Positions 17,289-25,457 of a stretch of DNA of 64,000 nt are shown here, piece by piece (positions within the stretch are counted from its first letter, which is position 1; each line of letters starts with the position of its first letter). Under the pieces are notes generated by a model. The model searched no databases and was not told the origin of the DNA. It saw nothing but the letters and a program-made list of their open reading frames with translations. The stretch covers positions 16,552-80,551 of the forward strand of contig JBDTVS010000192.1 of NCBI GenBank assembly GCA_040007095.1, given 5' to 3'. This DNA is from Acidobacteriota bacterium (lineage in GTDB: Bacteria; Acidobacteriota; Vicinamibacteria; Vicinamibacterales; CAVVIG01). The position numbers and the translations under genes were made by a program.

Positions 17289-18668
17289 ATGGACGTCGAG
17301 GACATCCGGCCAGGTCAGAACTTTTCCGAGGCCATCGATCAAACACTCGCGCAGTGCTCCACGGTGTTGGTGGTCATAGGTCCGCGCTGGTTCGAGATCC
17401 TGCAGCAGCGCGCGGCGAAGCGCGAGCAGGACTATGTGGTCCACGAGATCTCCGCCGCTCTTGCTCGCAAAGCCGACGTGGTGCCGGTATTCGTCGGTGG
17501 CGCCACCGCGGCCGCTCTTGCCGCGCTGCCCGCCGCGCTGGCCGATCTGTCGCTCCATCAGGCGGTGGAGCTTCACGACGGCAGTTTCAAAGAGGATTGC
17601 CACCGCCTTGCCACGTCACTCAAGCTGACCCGAGCGCGCGCATTTCCCAGGTCTCTGCTCTGGTCTGCGGCGGCGGTCCTGGTGGTCATCGCGCTTGTTC
17701 TCGCCGCCAACGCGGGCATCGGTCCCTGGCGCGCGTCTCGAGAACGCCAGGCGCGCGTCGCCGCGCTCCTCAAAACCGCCGCCACGCAGAGCAGCCAGAC
17801 TGAATACCAGTCCGCCTTCGATTCCTATCAACAGGTCCTCGGCCTCGAGTACGCCAACGGCGCTGCGCTCGACGGCCAGGTAGACGCCGCGATGCTGTGG
17901 CTGGAAAACTTCCATGTCCTCGTCGGCGAAGGCCAGAAAGCCGAAGATCTCGCGGCGCCGGTGCTGGCTCGCCTGAAGACGGTGCTCGAGGCCGGACTGG
18001 CGCGCACCAGCGGCCGGGACGCGCGTGCCGCCGATATCCTCGCTCATCTGGGCTGGGCTCACTGGCTCAACGAAAAGATCGCGTTCAAGGAATTTGGTGG
18101 CGCCGAGCGGGTCTTCAGCCAATCGCTGGTGATTGATTCGTCGAACGTCTTTGCCAACGCCATGATGGGGAACTGGCTCCTCCAGACGCATGGCGACAGC
18201 GCCGCGGCGATGCGTCATTTCCAAGTGGCTCTGACCACCGGCACACAGCGGCCGTTCGTGCGCAGCATGCAACTCGGCGGGCTCTTGTACAACGACGCCC
18301 CCGGCATGCACGCGGAATTCGCCAGGGCGTTGAGTGAGATGCGCAAGAGCAATGAATCCGTCGAGCCGGGAATCAAGAGCCGGGCACGGTATCTCTACGA
18401 CGTATCGCTTGGCGAAGTGGACGAATTTCGCGAAGTACTGGCCGCGGCTCCCCATGACGACAACTGGGAGACGTATCTGTGGCTGTCTCCCGGCGCCCCG
18501 ACCGATATCCGGCAAGCCTTCGTTCACGCCAGTCTGGCGGAGTTTTCGGACAATCGAGCCGCGGCGGCGAGCGAATTCAAGACCTTGCTGCCGAGGCTGC
18601 GGGCCGAGGGATCGAGCTATCGAATGGTCAACTATGCGGTGGCCGCCATTGCGCGCCTCTCGCGCTAG
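17289..18668 (+). CDS. TIR domain protein with one TM segment and a C-terminal helical-repeat domain
   Basis: Coordinates follow the track ORF. TIR homology (DNIFINYRRDDAAAYAGRIADHL..) continues in frame upstream to 17163, with no ATG/GTG/TTG; see the finding. TM segment LLWSAAAVLVVIALVLAANAG, followed by about 290 aa of helical repeats. Confidence 0.7.
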   Translation: MDVEDIRPGQNFSEAIDQTLAQCSTVLVVIGPRWFEILQQRAAKREQDYVVHEISAALARKADVVPVFVGGATAAALAALPAALADLSLHQAVELHDGSFKEDCHRLATSLKLTRARAFPRSLLWSAAAVLVVIALVLAANAGIGPWRASRERQARVAALLKTAATQSSQTEYQSAFDSYQQVLGLEYANGAALDGQVDAAMLWLENFHVLVGEGQKAEDLAAPVLARLKTVLEAGLARTSGRDARAADILAHLGWAHWLNEKIAFKEFGGAERVFSQSLVIDSSNVFANAMMGNWLLQTHGDSAAAMRHFQVALTTGTQRPFVRSMQLGGLLYNDAPGMHAEFARALSEMRKSNESVEPGIKSRARYLYDVSLGEVDEFREVLAAAPHDDNWETYLWLSPGAPTDIRQAFVHASLAEFSDNRAAAASEFKTLLPRLRAEGSSYRMVNYAVAAIARLSR

Positions 18669-18699
18669 CATTTTTTCGTTTGCACAAGTCGAAAACGCT

Positions 18700-19848
18700 C
18701 TAAAGCGCGCCCACCGGCTTGGTGACGCGCAGCAGCACATTTGAGAACGCGCCCACGCTCATCGGCCGGATCTCGGCGGAGAGGCCTTGGCTGACACAGC
18801 AGGCGATCCACTGATCGGAGGTGCGAAAAAAGAAACGCTGGCGCCACGATCCCGTCGCGATCGCCTTCAGGCGATTGGCAAGCCGCACCGCCAGATGGCG
18901 CCATCCCGCGGCCGAGTTCGCCTCACGCACCAGCATCACGCCACCCGGTTCGAGCACGGCGGCGGTCGCGGCAATCAGCGCCTCCTGCTCGCGGGCGGGC
19001 ATCATGTGAAGCACGTCGAAGAACAGCGCGACCCGGCAGGGTGGCAGGGTCAAGCCGCGTATGTCGCCCTCGAGGATCTGCGCGTCGGCGCCGAGGGCGC
19101 GCCGCGCCACCTCGGCGACTCGCGGGCGCAACTCGATTCCGATCATCCGATCGAAATGCGGCGGCGGGCTCCAGGTGCGGGGCCAGGTCCCCGTACGAAC
19201 GCGTTGCCCCGAGTGGGCCACCAGCGCCAGCGTGAGGCCCTGACCGCAGCCAACGTCGATGAGCGTTCCTCCCGACGGCAGAAGCCCGTCGCAGACAATC
19301 GCCCGGTAGACCGGATCGGCCCGCAGCTTGCCTTTGGCGAATTCCCACGCTGTCACGCTCGATTTGATGTACCGGTCTGAGGTTTCGCGCACCAGGTTCA
19401 GGAATTCGTCATCGGCCGAATCGCGCGACATGGCATAGGTGGCCGCCGCCATGCCCGTGCCGATGACCCCGCCGATGACGAGGCTGCCCGCCAGCGCGTC
19501 AAGGCCGAAGACCGTGAGTCCCGTCGTCGTGGCCGTTTCAATCGTCAGCGTGTGCCATGCGCCGCGGCGCAGCCAGGCGCCGAGCTGGACTTCGGCGAAG
19601 ACCAACGTCGGCGCCACCAACGGATTCGAGATGTTGGCCGCCAGGTACAACTTCAAGCGATTCAAATTGAGCAGCCGGCCGACGACCCAACAGAGCGCCA
19701 GATGGAATCCGAAGAACGGCAGGCAGCCGATGAAGGCACCCATGCCGATGGCGACGGCTTCGCGCCCAGCCCCGGCGCCTTCAGTCCTGAGACGCTGAAA
19801 CCAGCGGCGGAGTTGTGCGTGAACGCGGAGAGACGAAAGCACGGACAT
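18700..19848 (-). CDS. DUF2062 membrane domain fused to class I SAM-dependent methyltransferase
   Basis: N-terminal GMGAFIGCLPFFGFHLALCWVVGRLLNLNRLKLYLAANISNPLVAP is DUF2062-like. C-terminal TLIDVGCGQGL (motif I) and LEPGGVMLV. Confidence 0.75.
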   Translation of the reverse strand: MSVLSSLRVHAQLRRWFQRLRTEGAGAGREAVAIGMGAFIGCLPFFGFHLALCWVVGRLLNLNRLKLYLAANISNPLVAPTLVFAEVQLGAWLRRGAWHTLTIETATTTGLTVFGLDALAGSLVIGGVIGTGMAAATYAMSRDSADDEFLNLVRETSDRYIKSSVTAWEFAKGKLRADPVYRAIVCDGLLPSGGTLIDVGCGQGLTLALVAHSGQRVRTGTWPRTWSPPPHFDRMIGIELRPRVAEVARRALGADAQILEGDIRGLTLPPCRVALFFDVLHMMPAREQEALIAATAAVLEPGGVMLVREANSAAGWRHLAVRLANRLKAIATGSWRQRFFFRTSDQWIACCVSQGLSAEIRPMSVGAFSNVLLRVTKPVGAL

Positions 19849-19918
19849 GATCGCCTGGAAGCCAGTCCATCGCAGGCCGCAACATCAGCTCTCGCAACGG
19901 GCGCGGACTTTGGGCAGA

Positions 19919-21040
19919 CTACTTCCCGTTCTTCAGCACGAATCGCTGCGCCCGCCGGTTCGTGACGATCTCCGCGGTATAGAGATTGCCCTTCGAATCC
20001 GCCGCCATGTGGTGGACGATGTCGAAGTCGCCCGGCTTCGCGCTGCGCATGCCAATCGCGCCAATCTGCGTCATCGTCGCGCGATCGTAAATCACGACGC
20101 GCATCGGCCCGGAGTCGACGACGTAGAGAAACTGCTGCTTCTTGTCGGGCGAGAACGCGAACCCCGCGGGCACCGGCACGACGGTGCTGCCTTCGTTCGT
20201 GACGCGAACCTGCTTGAGGAACTTCCCGGCGGTGGTGAACATCTGGATCCGGTTGTTGATCCGGTCCGCGAGATAGACGACGCCGTCGCGCGACACTTTC
20301 ACCGCGTGCGGGAGTCCGAAGTCCTGCGGGCCGTCGGGAGTGGTCTGCGGCTGCGGCACCGCGGGATTCGGGGCCAGCGTCGGGGGCGGCGTGTTGCCGA
20401 AGGCGCCCCACATGCGCTTGAACTTCCCGCTCTCCGAATCGAACACCACCACGCGCTTGTTGCCGTAGCCGTCGGCGACGTAGATTTCTTTCGCCGACGT
20501 GTCGACGAAGGTATCGGTGGGCTGATGGACGTTTTCCGTGTCGGTGTTGCCCTTGCTTTGCCCGCGATGGCCGATCTGCATGACGAATTTTCCGGCCATC
20601 GTGAATTTAACAATCATGTCGTCGCTGCTGCCGGGCGCCGACGGCCGCGGCCAGCCGCCGCGCCCGCCGATCCACACGAAGTCGTTCGCATCCACGAAGA
20701 TGCCGTGCTCGCGCTCGGGCCACTCGTAGCCGTCGCCTGGCCCGCCCCAGCTGGTCAGCAGCTTTCCCCCGGCGTCGAACTCGAGCACCGGCGGCGCGGC
20801 GTTCGCGCGCTGCGCCTGCGGGATCGACTGCGGGACATGCAGCACCCAGATGTGGTCTTTCCTGTCGACGGAGATTGACGTCACCTCCCCGAGCACCCAG
20901 TGGTTCGGAATGGTCGGCCATTTCGGATCGAACTCGAACGCCGGCGCCTTGAGCTGCTGCGCGTGGAGAGCGGGCACAAGCAGGAGGATGGCGATGCCAA
21001 TGGCGATGGTGGCGACTCTACGCATGGTGAGTGAAATCAT
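19919..21040 (-). CDS. secreted NHL-repeat / six-bladed beta-propeller protein (peptidyl-hydroxyglycine lyase-like)
   Basis: The real part of the 738-aa track ORF starts at MISLTMRRVATIAIGIAILLLVPALHAQ. NHL-like blades recur: IYVADGYGNKRVVVFD, VYLADRINNRIQMF, LYVVDSGPMRVVIYD. Confidence 0.75.
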   Translation of the reverse strand: MISLTMRRVATIAIGIAILLLVPALHAQQLKAPAFEFDPKWPTIPNHWVLGEVTSISVDRKDHIWVLHVPQSIPQAQRANAAPPVLEFDAGGKLLTSWGGPGDGYEWPEREHGIFVDANDFVWIGGRGGWPRPSAPGSSDDMIVKFTMAGKFVMQIGHRGQSKGNTDTENVHQPTDTFVDTSAKEIYVADGYGNKRVVVFDSESGKFKRMWGAFGNTPPPTLAPNPAVPQPQTTPDGPQDFGLPHAVKVSRDGVVYLADRINNRIQMFTTAGKFLKQVRVTNEGSTVVPVPAGFAFSPDKKQQFLYVVDSGPMRVVIYDRATMTQIGAIGMRSAKPGDFDIVHHMAADSKGNLYTAEIVTNRRAQRFVLKNGK

Positions 21041-21070
21041 ATGACATGATCGCCCTCCTGGAATCGAGCA

Positions 21071-22264
21071 GTGGACCTTGTCGAAAGAAGAAGGAGCGTG
21101 GCTGTGCGAAGGTTCAGGGATCTGGAAACGAAAGTCGTGCACGCCGGCCAGCCGTCGCCGCGCATCGAAGGCGCCGTGGTCATGCCGCTTTTTCAGTCGG
21201 CGATGTTCGAGTCCGCGGGCGAGACGAGCTATCACGACCTGAAGTACATCAGGCTCAACAACACGCCGACCCACATCGCGCTGCACGCCAAGCTTGCGGC
21301 CATCGAGAACGGCGAAGCCGCTCTTGCCACGGCCAGCGGCATGGCGGCCATCGCGACGACGCTGCTGACGGTGCTGGCGCCGGGGGATCGCCTGCTGGCC
21401 CAGGACTGTGTGTATGGCGGCACACACGACCTTCTGACCGGCGAACTGACGGCACTCGGCATCGCCACGGACTTCATCGACGCGGACGATCCTGACTCGT
21501 GGGAGAGGCAGCTTCGCCCGACCACGCGCGCCATCTATGTGGAGAGCCTCACGAACCCGCTGCTCCAGGTTGCCGACCTCGAGGCTGTCGTCCGCTTCGC
21601 GCAGACGCACGGTCTGGTATCGATGGTCGACAACACCTTCGCAACCCCCGTGAATTTCCGTCCGCTGGAGCGTGGCTTCGATCTGTCGCTGCACAGCTGT
21701 ACGAAATACCTCAACGGCCACTCCGACATCGTCGCCGGCGCCGTGATCGGATCGGCTGCCTGGATCACACGGATCACGCACCGGTTGAACCACCTCGGAG
21801 GATCGCTCGATCCGCACGCGTGCTTTCTGCTCGATCGCGGGCTGAAGACCCTGGTCGTGCGGGTACGGCACCAGAACCAGAGCGCGCTGCAGATCGCCCA
21901 CCGGCTCGAGCAGCACTCCGCGGTCAGCCGCGTGAACTACGCGGGCCTTCCGAGCCATGACCGGCACGAGCGTGCTCGCCGTCTCTTCGAAGGCTTCAGC
22001 GGCATGATGAGCTTTGAGCTGAGCGGTGGGGCCGCGGCGGCCAATCGTTTCATGGAGCGCACGACGGTGCCGGTCGTCGCTCCAAGCCTGGGCGGGCCGG
22101 AGAGCCTGTTGACGCGGCCGGCCATCACGTCTCACGCGGGCATGAGTCCGGACGAGCGCCGGAATGCCGGTATCAGCGACGGTTTGATCAGGATGTCAGT
22201 GGGCCTGGAATCGACCGGAGAGATTATCGACGACCTGCTGCACGCTCTCGACGACGGCAAGTAG
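21071..22264 (+). CDS. Cys/Met-metabolism PLP-dependent enzyme (cystathionine gamma-synthase/beta-lyase/methionine gamma-lyase family)
   Basis: PLP-lysine motif SCTKYLNGHSDIVAG plus VDNTFATP and SLGGPESL. The start is uncertain: GTG at 21071 or a later GTG. Confidence 0.85.
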   Translation: MDLVERRRSVAVRRFRDLETKVVHAGQPSPRIEGAVVMPLFQSAMFESAGETSYHDLKYIRLNNTPTHIALHAKLAAIENGEAALATASGMAAIATTLLTVLAPGDRLLAQDCVYGGTHDLLTGELTALGIATDFIDADDPDSWERQLRPTTRAIYVESLTNPLLQVADLEAVVRFAQTHGLVSMVDNTFATPVNFRPLERGFDLSLHSCTKYLNGHSDIVAGAVIGSAAWITRITHRLNHLGGSLDPHACFLLDRGLKTLVVRVRHQNQSALQIAHRLEQHSAVSRVNYAGLPSHDRHERARRLFEGFSGMMSFELSGGAAAANRFMERTTVPVVAPSLGGPESLLTRPAITSHAGMSPDERRNAGISDGLIRMSVGLESTGEIIDDLLHALDDGK

Positions 22265-22301
22265 CTGTGTCGGGCGCGCAGCAGATCGCCTCAGGTCTTG
22301 A

Positions 22302-22334
22302 GGGCGCCGGGTTTTCACCCGGGCGCCTTCTTTC
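22302..22334 (+). terminator. rho-independent terminator candidate
   Basis: GC-rich stem GGCGCCGGG / CCCGGGCGCC with one bulge and loop TTTTCA, followed by TTCTTTC. It lies 38 nt after the stop of the PLP enzyme gene. Confidence 0.55.
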
Positions 22335-22339
22335 ATCGA

Positions 22340-22753
22340 CTATTCATCGACACCGCGGAAACGGACTGTGTGTCCGTCCTGGTAGGTGATCGCGACCAGA
22401 AGCCCAACCGGGCTCTTGCCGTCAGCGGCGGGTGTGCACGTGACCGTGATTGGGTCACCGGGGCGCAGCGCATTCGGTCCGTCTTTGAGACCGAACTTCG
22501 CGATGCTGGTCACACTGCCGCCCACGAACGACCACTCGGTTGCCGTGCCGTCCGTGTTCTTGACTTCCAGTTTCATCGACGAGTGGGGATTCACGAACCT
22601 GAATGCCTTGAACTCCCCACTCACCTTCGCTTCCTTACCCAATGCGTACACGCCCGCGAGGGAATGATGCGCCTGCAAGGAAGCGCTGGCCAGGACCAAC
22701 CCGCACAGAACGACGCATCGCACAGTCCACTTCGTCGTAAGCCACTTCGTCAT
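22340..22753 (-). CDS. small secreted protein, DUF6152-like (paralog of 470-853)
   Basis: Signal peptide ..LVLASASLQA|HHS. Motifs are FRFVNPHSSMKLEVKNTDGTATEW..RPGDPITV. A GAGGAGG RBS is present. Confidence 0.8.
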   Translation of the reverse strand: MTKWLTTKWTVRCVVLCGLVLASASLQAHHSLAGVYALGKEAKVSGEFKAFRFVNPHSSMKLEVKNTDGTATEWSFVGGSVTSIAKFGLKDGPNALRPGDPITVTCTPAADGKSPVGLLVAITYQDGHTVRFRGVDE

Positions 22754-22776
22754 AAGTTCCTCCTCAACATCATCTC

Positions 22777-22900
22777 GTAGCTCGTGTCCAGAGTCAGAGA
22801 TTCATCGACATTTTCCGGCCGGGGCATCCCGTCTGGCGGCGTTGCTCGGCACTCAAATATTCCCGATATTCTCGCGCCTCACGCCTTGCCAGCCGGGCGC
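22777..22900 (+). repeat. conserved intergenic element, family 1, copy A
   Basis: 22824-22900 matches 56619-56695 at 64/77 positions with no gaps. The left part (22777-22823) aligns with 38493-38556. It contains the hairpin AATAT-TCCCG-ATATT. Confidence 0.8.
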
Positions 22901-22942
22901 CGCGCTCCAGAAAATTAGTCAACGAATGTCTGACTCGGGACA

Positions 22943-24691
22943 CTAGTGCCGAATCTGCGTGGCGGCCGCTTCGGTCTCGAAACTCGTCTCACAGTTGCCC
23001 CGCTCTCGCAGCAGGCCGGCGTTGGGATTCGCGCTGGGCCGTACCACTCGTGTCGGGTACACGTACGGCTCCACCAGCACTTCAGGGTCTTCGACCGTGA
23101 CGTCATACAAGAGCACGTTGCCCTGACGCGTGAATTTCTCCACGACGTGCATCTTTTCGGAGTGGAAGAAGCCGCCGCGGCCCAGCCACGTCGTATCGAT
23201 GAACCCGATGGCGTCGAGCACCAGTGTGTCCCCCTCCCAGTGTCCGACGGTATCCCCCAGATACATCAGTTCGAACTTCGCGTTGGGGCCGTGCTGGCGG
23301 CCATCGGTCGGGATCACACGAAATTCGGGATAGCCGCCGCCGGCATCACCGCCCGAATACAGGAACGTGATGTCCTTGTCTGACTGGAAAATGCGCCGGG
23401 GCGGGCCCTGCCGCGGGATGCCCAGCGGCTGGCAGGTCATCACCGGGTCGAACTTGTTCGTCCACATGTCCAGTTCCTGAACCTTGTCCCAGTGCTCCGG
23501 CTTGTACATGGGACGATTCAGGTTCCCGAACCGCGAGGGTGAGTAGAGCTCGAAATCTTCCGTCTGATTGGTTTGCCGGCTGCAGTTGGGACCCTGCGTC
23601 GGACCGCAGCGGCGCCCGCCGCCCGTCATGTAGTTGCCAATCCAGTCGCTGAATTGATAGTTGCCCGTCAGGTCGGGATGCGCGCCCAGCCGGGGCGTGG
23701 GTATCGACTTGTCCACGGGAGGTTCGCTCCTGGCAAACACGCCTTTCGGGAGCTGCCCGGTGGGCTTGATCGCCGCCTTCACGCTCGCCGGCACGGGCGC
23801 CACCACATACACATTGCCCGTTTCCGTCACGTCCGTCGTCAGGTCGCGGACGACCGTGTTGCCGCGGCGCTCGACCAGCTTGCCGGCGTACAGCACACCG
23901 ATCTTGTTCAGCTTGCTGTTCCAGTCCTGATAGTTGGAGTAGGTGAATTCCGTCGTCGTCGAGCCCTGGGTGACGACGACTTTCTCCGTCATGTATTTCG
24001 CATCGAGAGTGGCTGTCGCAGTCGCCCCCGGAATGGCCGGAAGCGGGAACGTCAGGACCGGCTTTGCGCCCTCCCAGGCGAGGGACGTCTGGCCCACCTT
24101 CGCGAGACCGTCGGCGAACAGCGTGCCCGGGTTGGCCCCCAACCAGAATGTTTCGGTGGTTCCGGCCAGTGCGGACTTGGCCGCACCCTGGGGACTGGCC
24201 CAGATGCGGACGAGCCGCTCCTGCACGGCCGAGGGCATGGGCGTGGCCTTCCCCTTGGTCGGACCGATCTCCGCACCTCGCGTGTCTTCGTTCCAGGCGT
24301 ACAGCCCGCTGACCACCTCGATGTTCGAGGCCGTTTGTCCGTTCGCCCGCGTGCAGGTGTACTGAGTGCGCTGACTGAAGGTCTGGAAGTTGGTGCTCTC
24401 ACGATATTTCGTGAGCGTGCACGGCTGCCCGTCGACCTGAATCGTGCCCTTGCCCTGATATTCGAGCGTCGCGACCATGTCGCGTTCGTCATGGCCCTTC
24501 AGCATGCCCATGCCCCACATCCAGTGGAAGATCACGGATCTCAGGTCTTTGGCGTTCGGTGCCGGTGTGTAGGGTTCAGCCGTGCCTGCGTTTGGATTCG
24601 GATTCTGTGCACCGGCCGCCAACGGCGTGGCGAGCGCCAGGACGATCCCGAGTGCGACCCTCATCCCACTCATCCTTCCACGAACATCCAT
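22943..24691 (-). CDS. secreted 582-aa protein: novel N-terminal region plus C-terminal WEGDTLVV-type domain
   Basis: I chose the ATG at 24691 because GGAGG lies 6 nt upstream. Signal peptide ..ALATPLAAGAQ. The C-terminal core is PDLTGNY..MTCQPLGIPRQGPP..IPTDGRQH..GDTVGHWEGDTLVLDAIGF..VVEKFTR..TVEDPEVLVEPY. Confidence 0.8.
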   Translation of the reverse strand: MDVRGRMSGMRVALGIVLALATPLAAGAQNPNPNAGTAEPYTPAPNAKDLRSVIFHWMWGMGMLKGHDERDMVATLEYQGKGTIQVDGQPCTLTKYRESTNFQTFSQRTQYTCTRANGQTASNIEVVSGLYAWNEDTRGAEIGPTKGKATPMPSAVQERLVRIWASPQGAAKSALAGTTETFWLGANPGTLFADGLAKVGQTSLAWEGAKPVLTFPLPAIPGATATATLDAKYMTEKVVVTQGSTTTEFTYSNYQDWNSKLNKIGVLYAGKLVERRGNTVVRDLTTDVTETGNVYVVAPVPASVKAAIKPTGQLPKGVFARSEPPVDKSIPTPRLGAHPDLTGNYQFSDWIGNYMTGGGRRCGPTQGPNCSRQTNQTEDFELYSPSRFGNLNRPMYKPEHWDKVQELDMWTNKFDPVMTCQPLGIPRQGPPRRIFQSDKDITFLYSGGDAGGGYPEFRVIPTDGRQHGPNAKFELMYLGDTVGHWEGDTLVLDAIGFIDTTWLGRGGFFHSEKMHVVEKFTRQGNVLLYDVTVEDPEVLVEPYVYPTRVVRPSANPNAGLLRERGNCETSFETEAAATQIRH

Positions 24692-24976
24692 GGTGGTCCT
24701 CCCCTCTTGTCTCATCTCATTGGCGCCACCGCGGAGAGACCGTGATGACGTCCTGACACAGGCCGGTGCCTGGCAGGACCGAACATTTAGGGTTGAGCAT
24801 GCCCGTTCGGACGGCCGTGGTCAAGGCCAATATTGGTGTGGAGACGCGAGGGTGCCGGCGGATCAGATGGGCGAGGGCGGGCGTAGGTCGTTCAGTGAAA
24901 CGACCCTCGCCGCTGGTGTGGCCGAGGTCCTGGTGTCACCGAGGGTCAAGCCGATTCGCGGACGCGTTCCTGCATT

Positions 24977-25282
24977 TCAGTGCAACCCACCGACCCGCGG
25001 AATCTTGTTGATCTCGTCGATGATTGTCTTGGGTGCAGACAAGCGAATCTGCAAGGGAAAGGACTCGAACACGACGATGTCCTTCACGACACCGTCCTTT
25101 TCCAGTTCCCTGATCCTTTTCAGAACAGGGTCTGGCGTTTCTGCACTGCCGATGATGAGCGCGCGTTCCGTCGGCTCACTGCTCTGTGATGGTGTCGCGA
25201 GGGGCGGCGCGTCCGTTCGTTTCTGGCTGGTCGTGCAGCTTGCCGATGCAAGCAGGATCGCAAGCGCAAAGCTCAGTTTCAT
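24977..25282 (-). CDS. small lipoprotein-like hypothetical protein
   Basis: MKLSFALAILLASASC resembles a signal peptide with a lipobox Cys. The start at 25282 lies inside the longer track ORF. Confidence 0.55.
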   Translation of the reverse strand: MKLSFALAILLASASCTTSQKRTDAPPLATPSQSSEPTERALIIGSAETPDPVLKRIRELEKDGVVKDIVVFESFPLQIRLSAPKTIIDEINKIPRVGGLH

Positions 25283-25398
25283 GGTCCGGTCCGTTGCAAA
25301 CGCGACCGTGGCGGGCCGCCGACGCAGCCCACCACGGCTCACTTTTTACCTGTCCTAAACATCTGCTAAAGCCGCTGTCTGTCCGAATGACGTAGTTG

Positions 25399-25424
25399 GC
25401 TGGTCGGTTTGAGCGAAGCTTCAC
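25399..25424 (+). repeat. 26-nt intergenic repeat, family 4, copy 1
   Basis: gctggtcggtttgagcgaagcttcac is identical to 60446-60472 except for one extra G in that copy. Confidence 0.75.
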
Positions 25425-25457
25425 CAGGCACTGCTATTTTGACGACGCACTCGTCGG

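Noticed and set aside
16875-17603. 242-aa minus-strand ORF as an intact gene
   Set aside because: Only its last ~50-75 codons look like real protein (the Amt C-terminus). The remainder overlaps the TIR gene in antisense and has no Amt similarity, so I treat it as a remnant rather than a gene.
18669-18699. TTTTCG...CGAAAA hairpin between the convergent TIR and DUF2062-MTase genes as a bidirectional terminator
   Set aside because: The stem is only 6 bp and AT-rich, the loop is 11 nt, and there is no clear U-tract. It is too weak to call.
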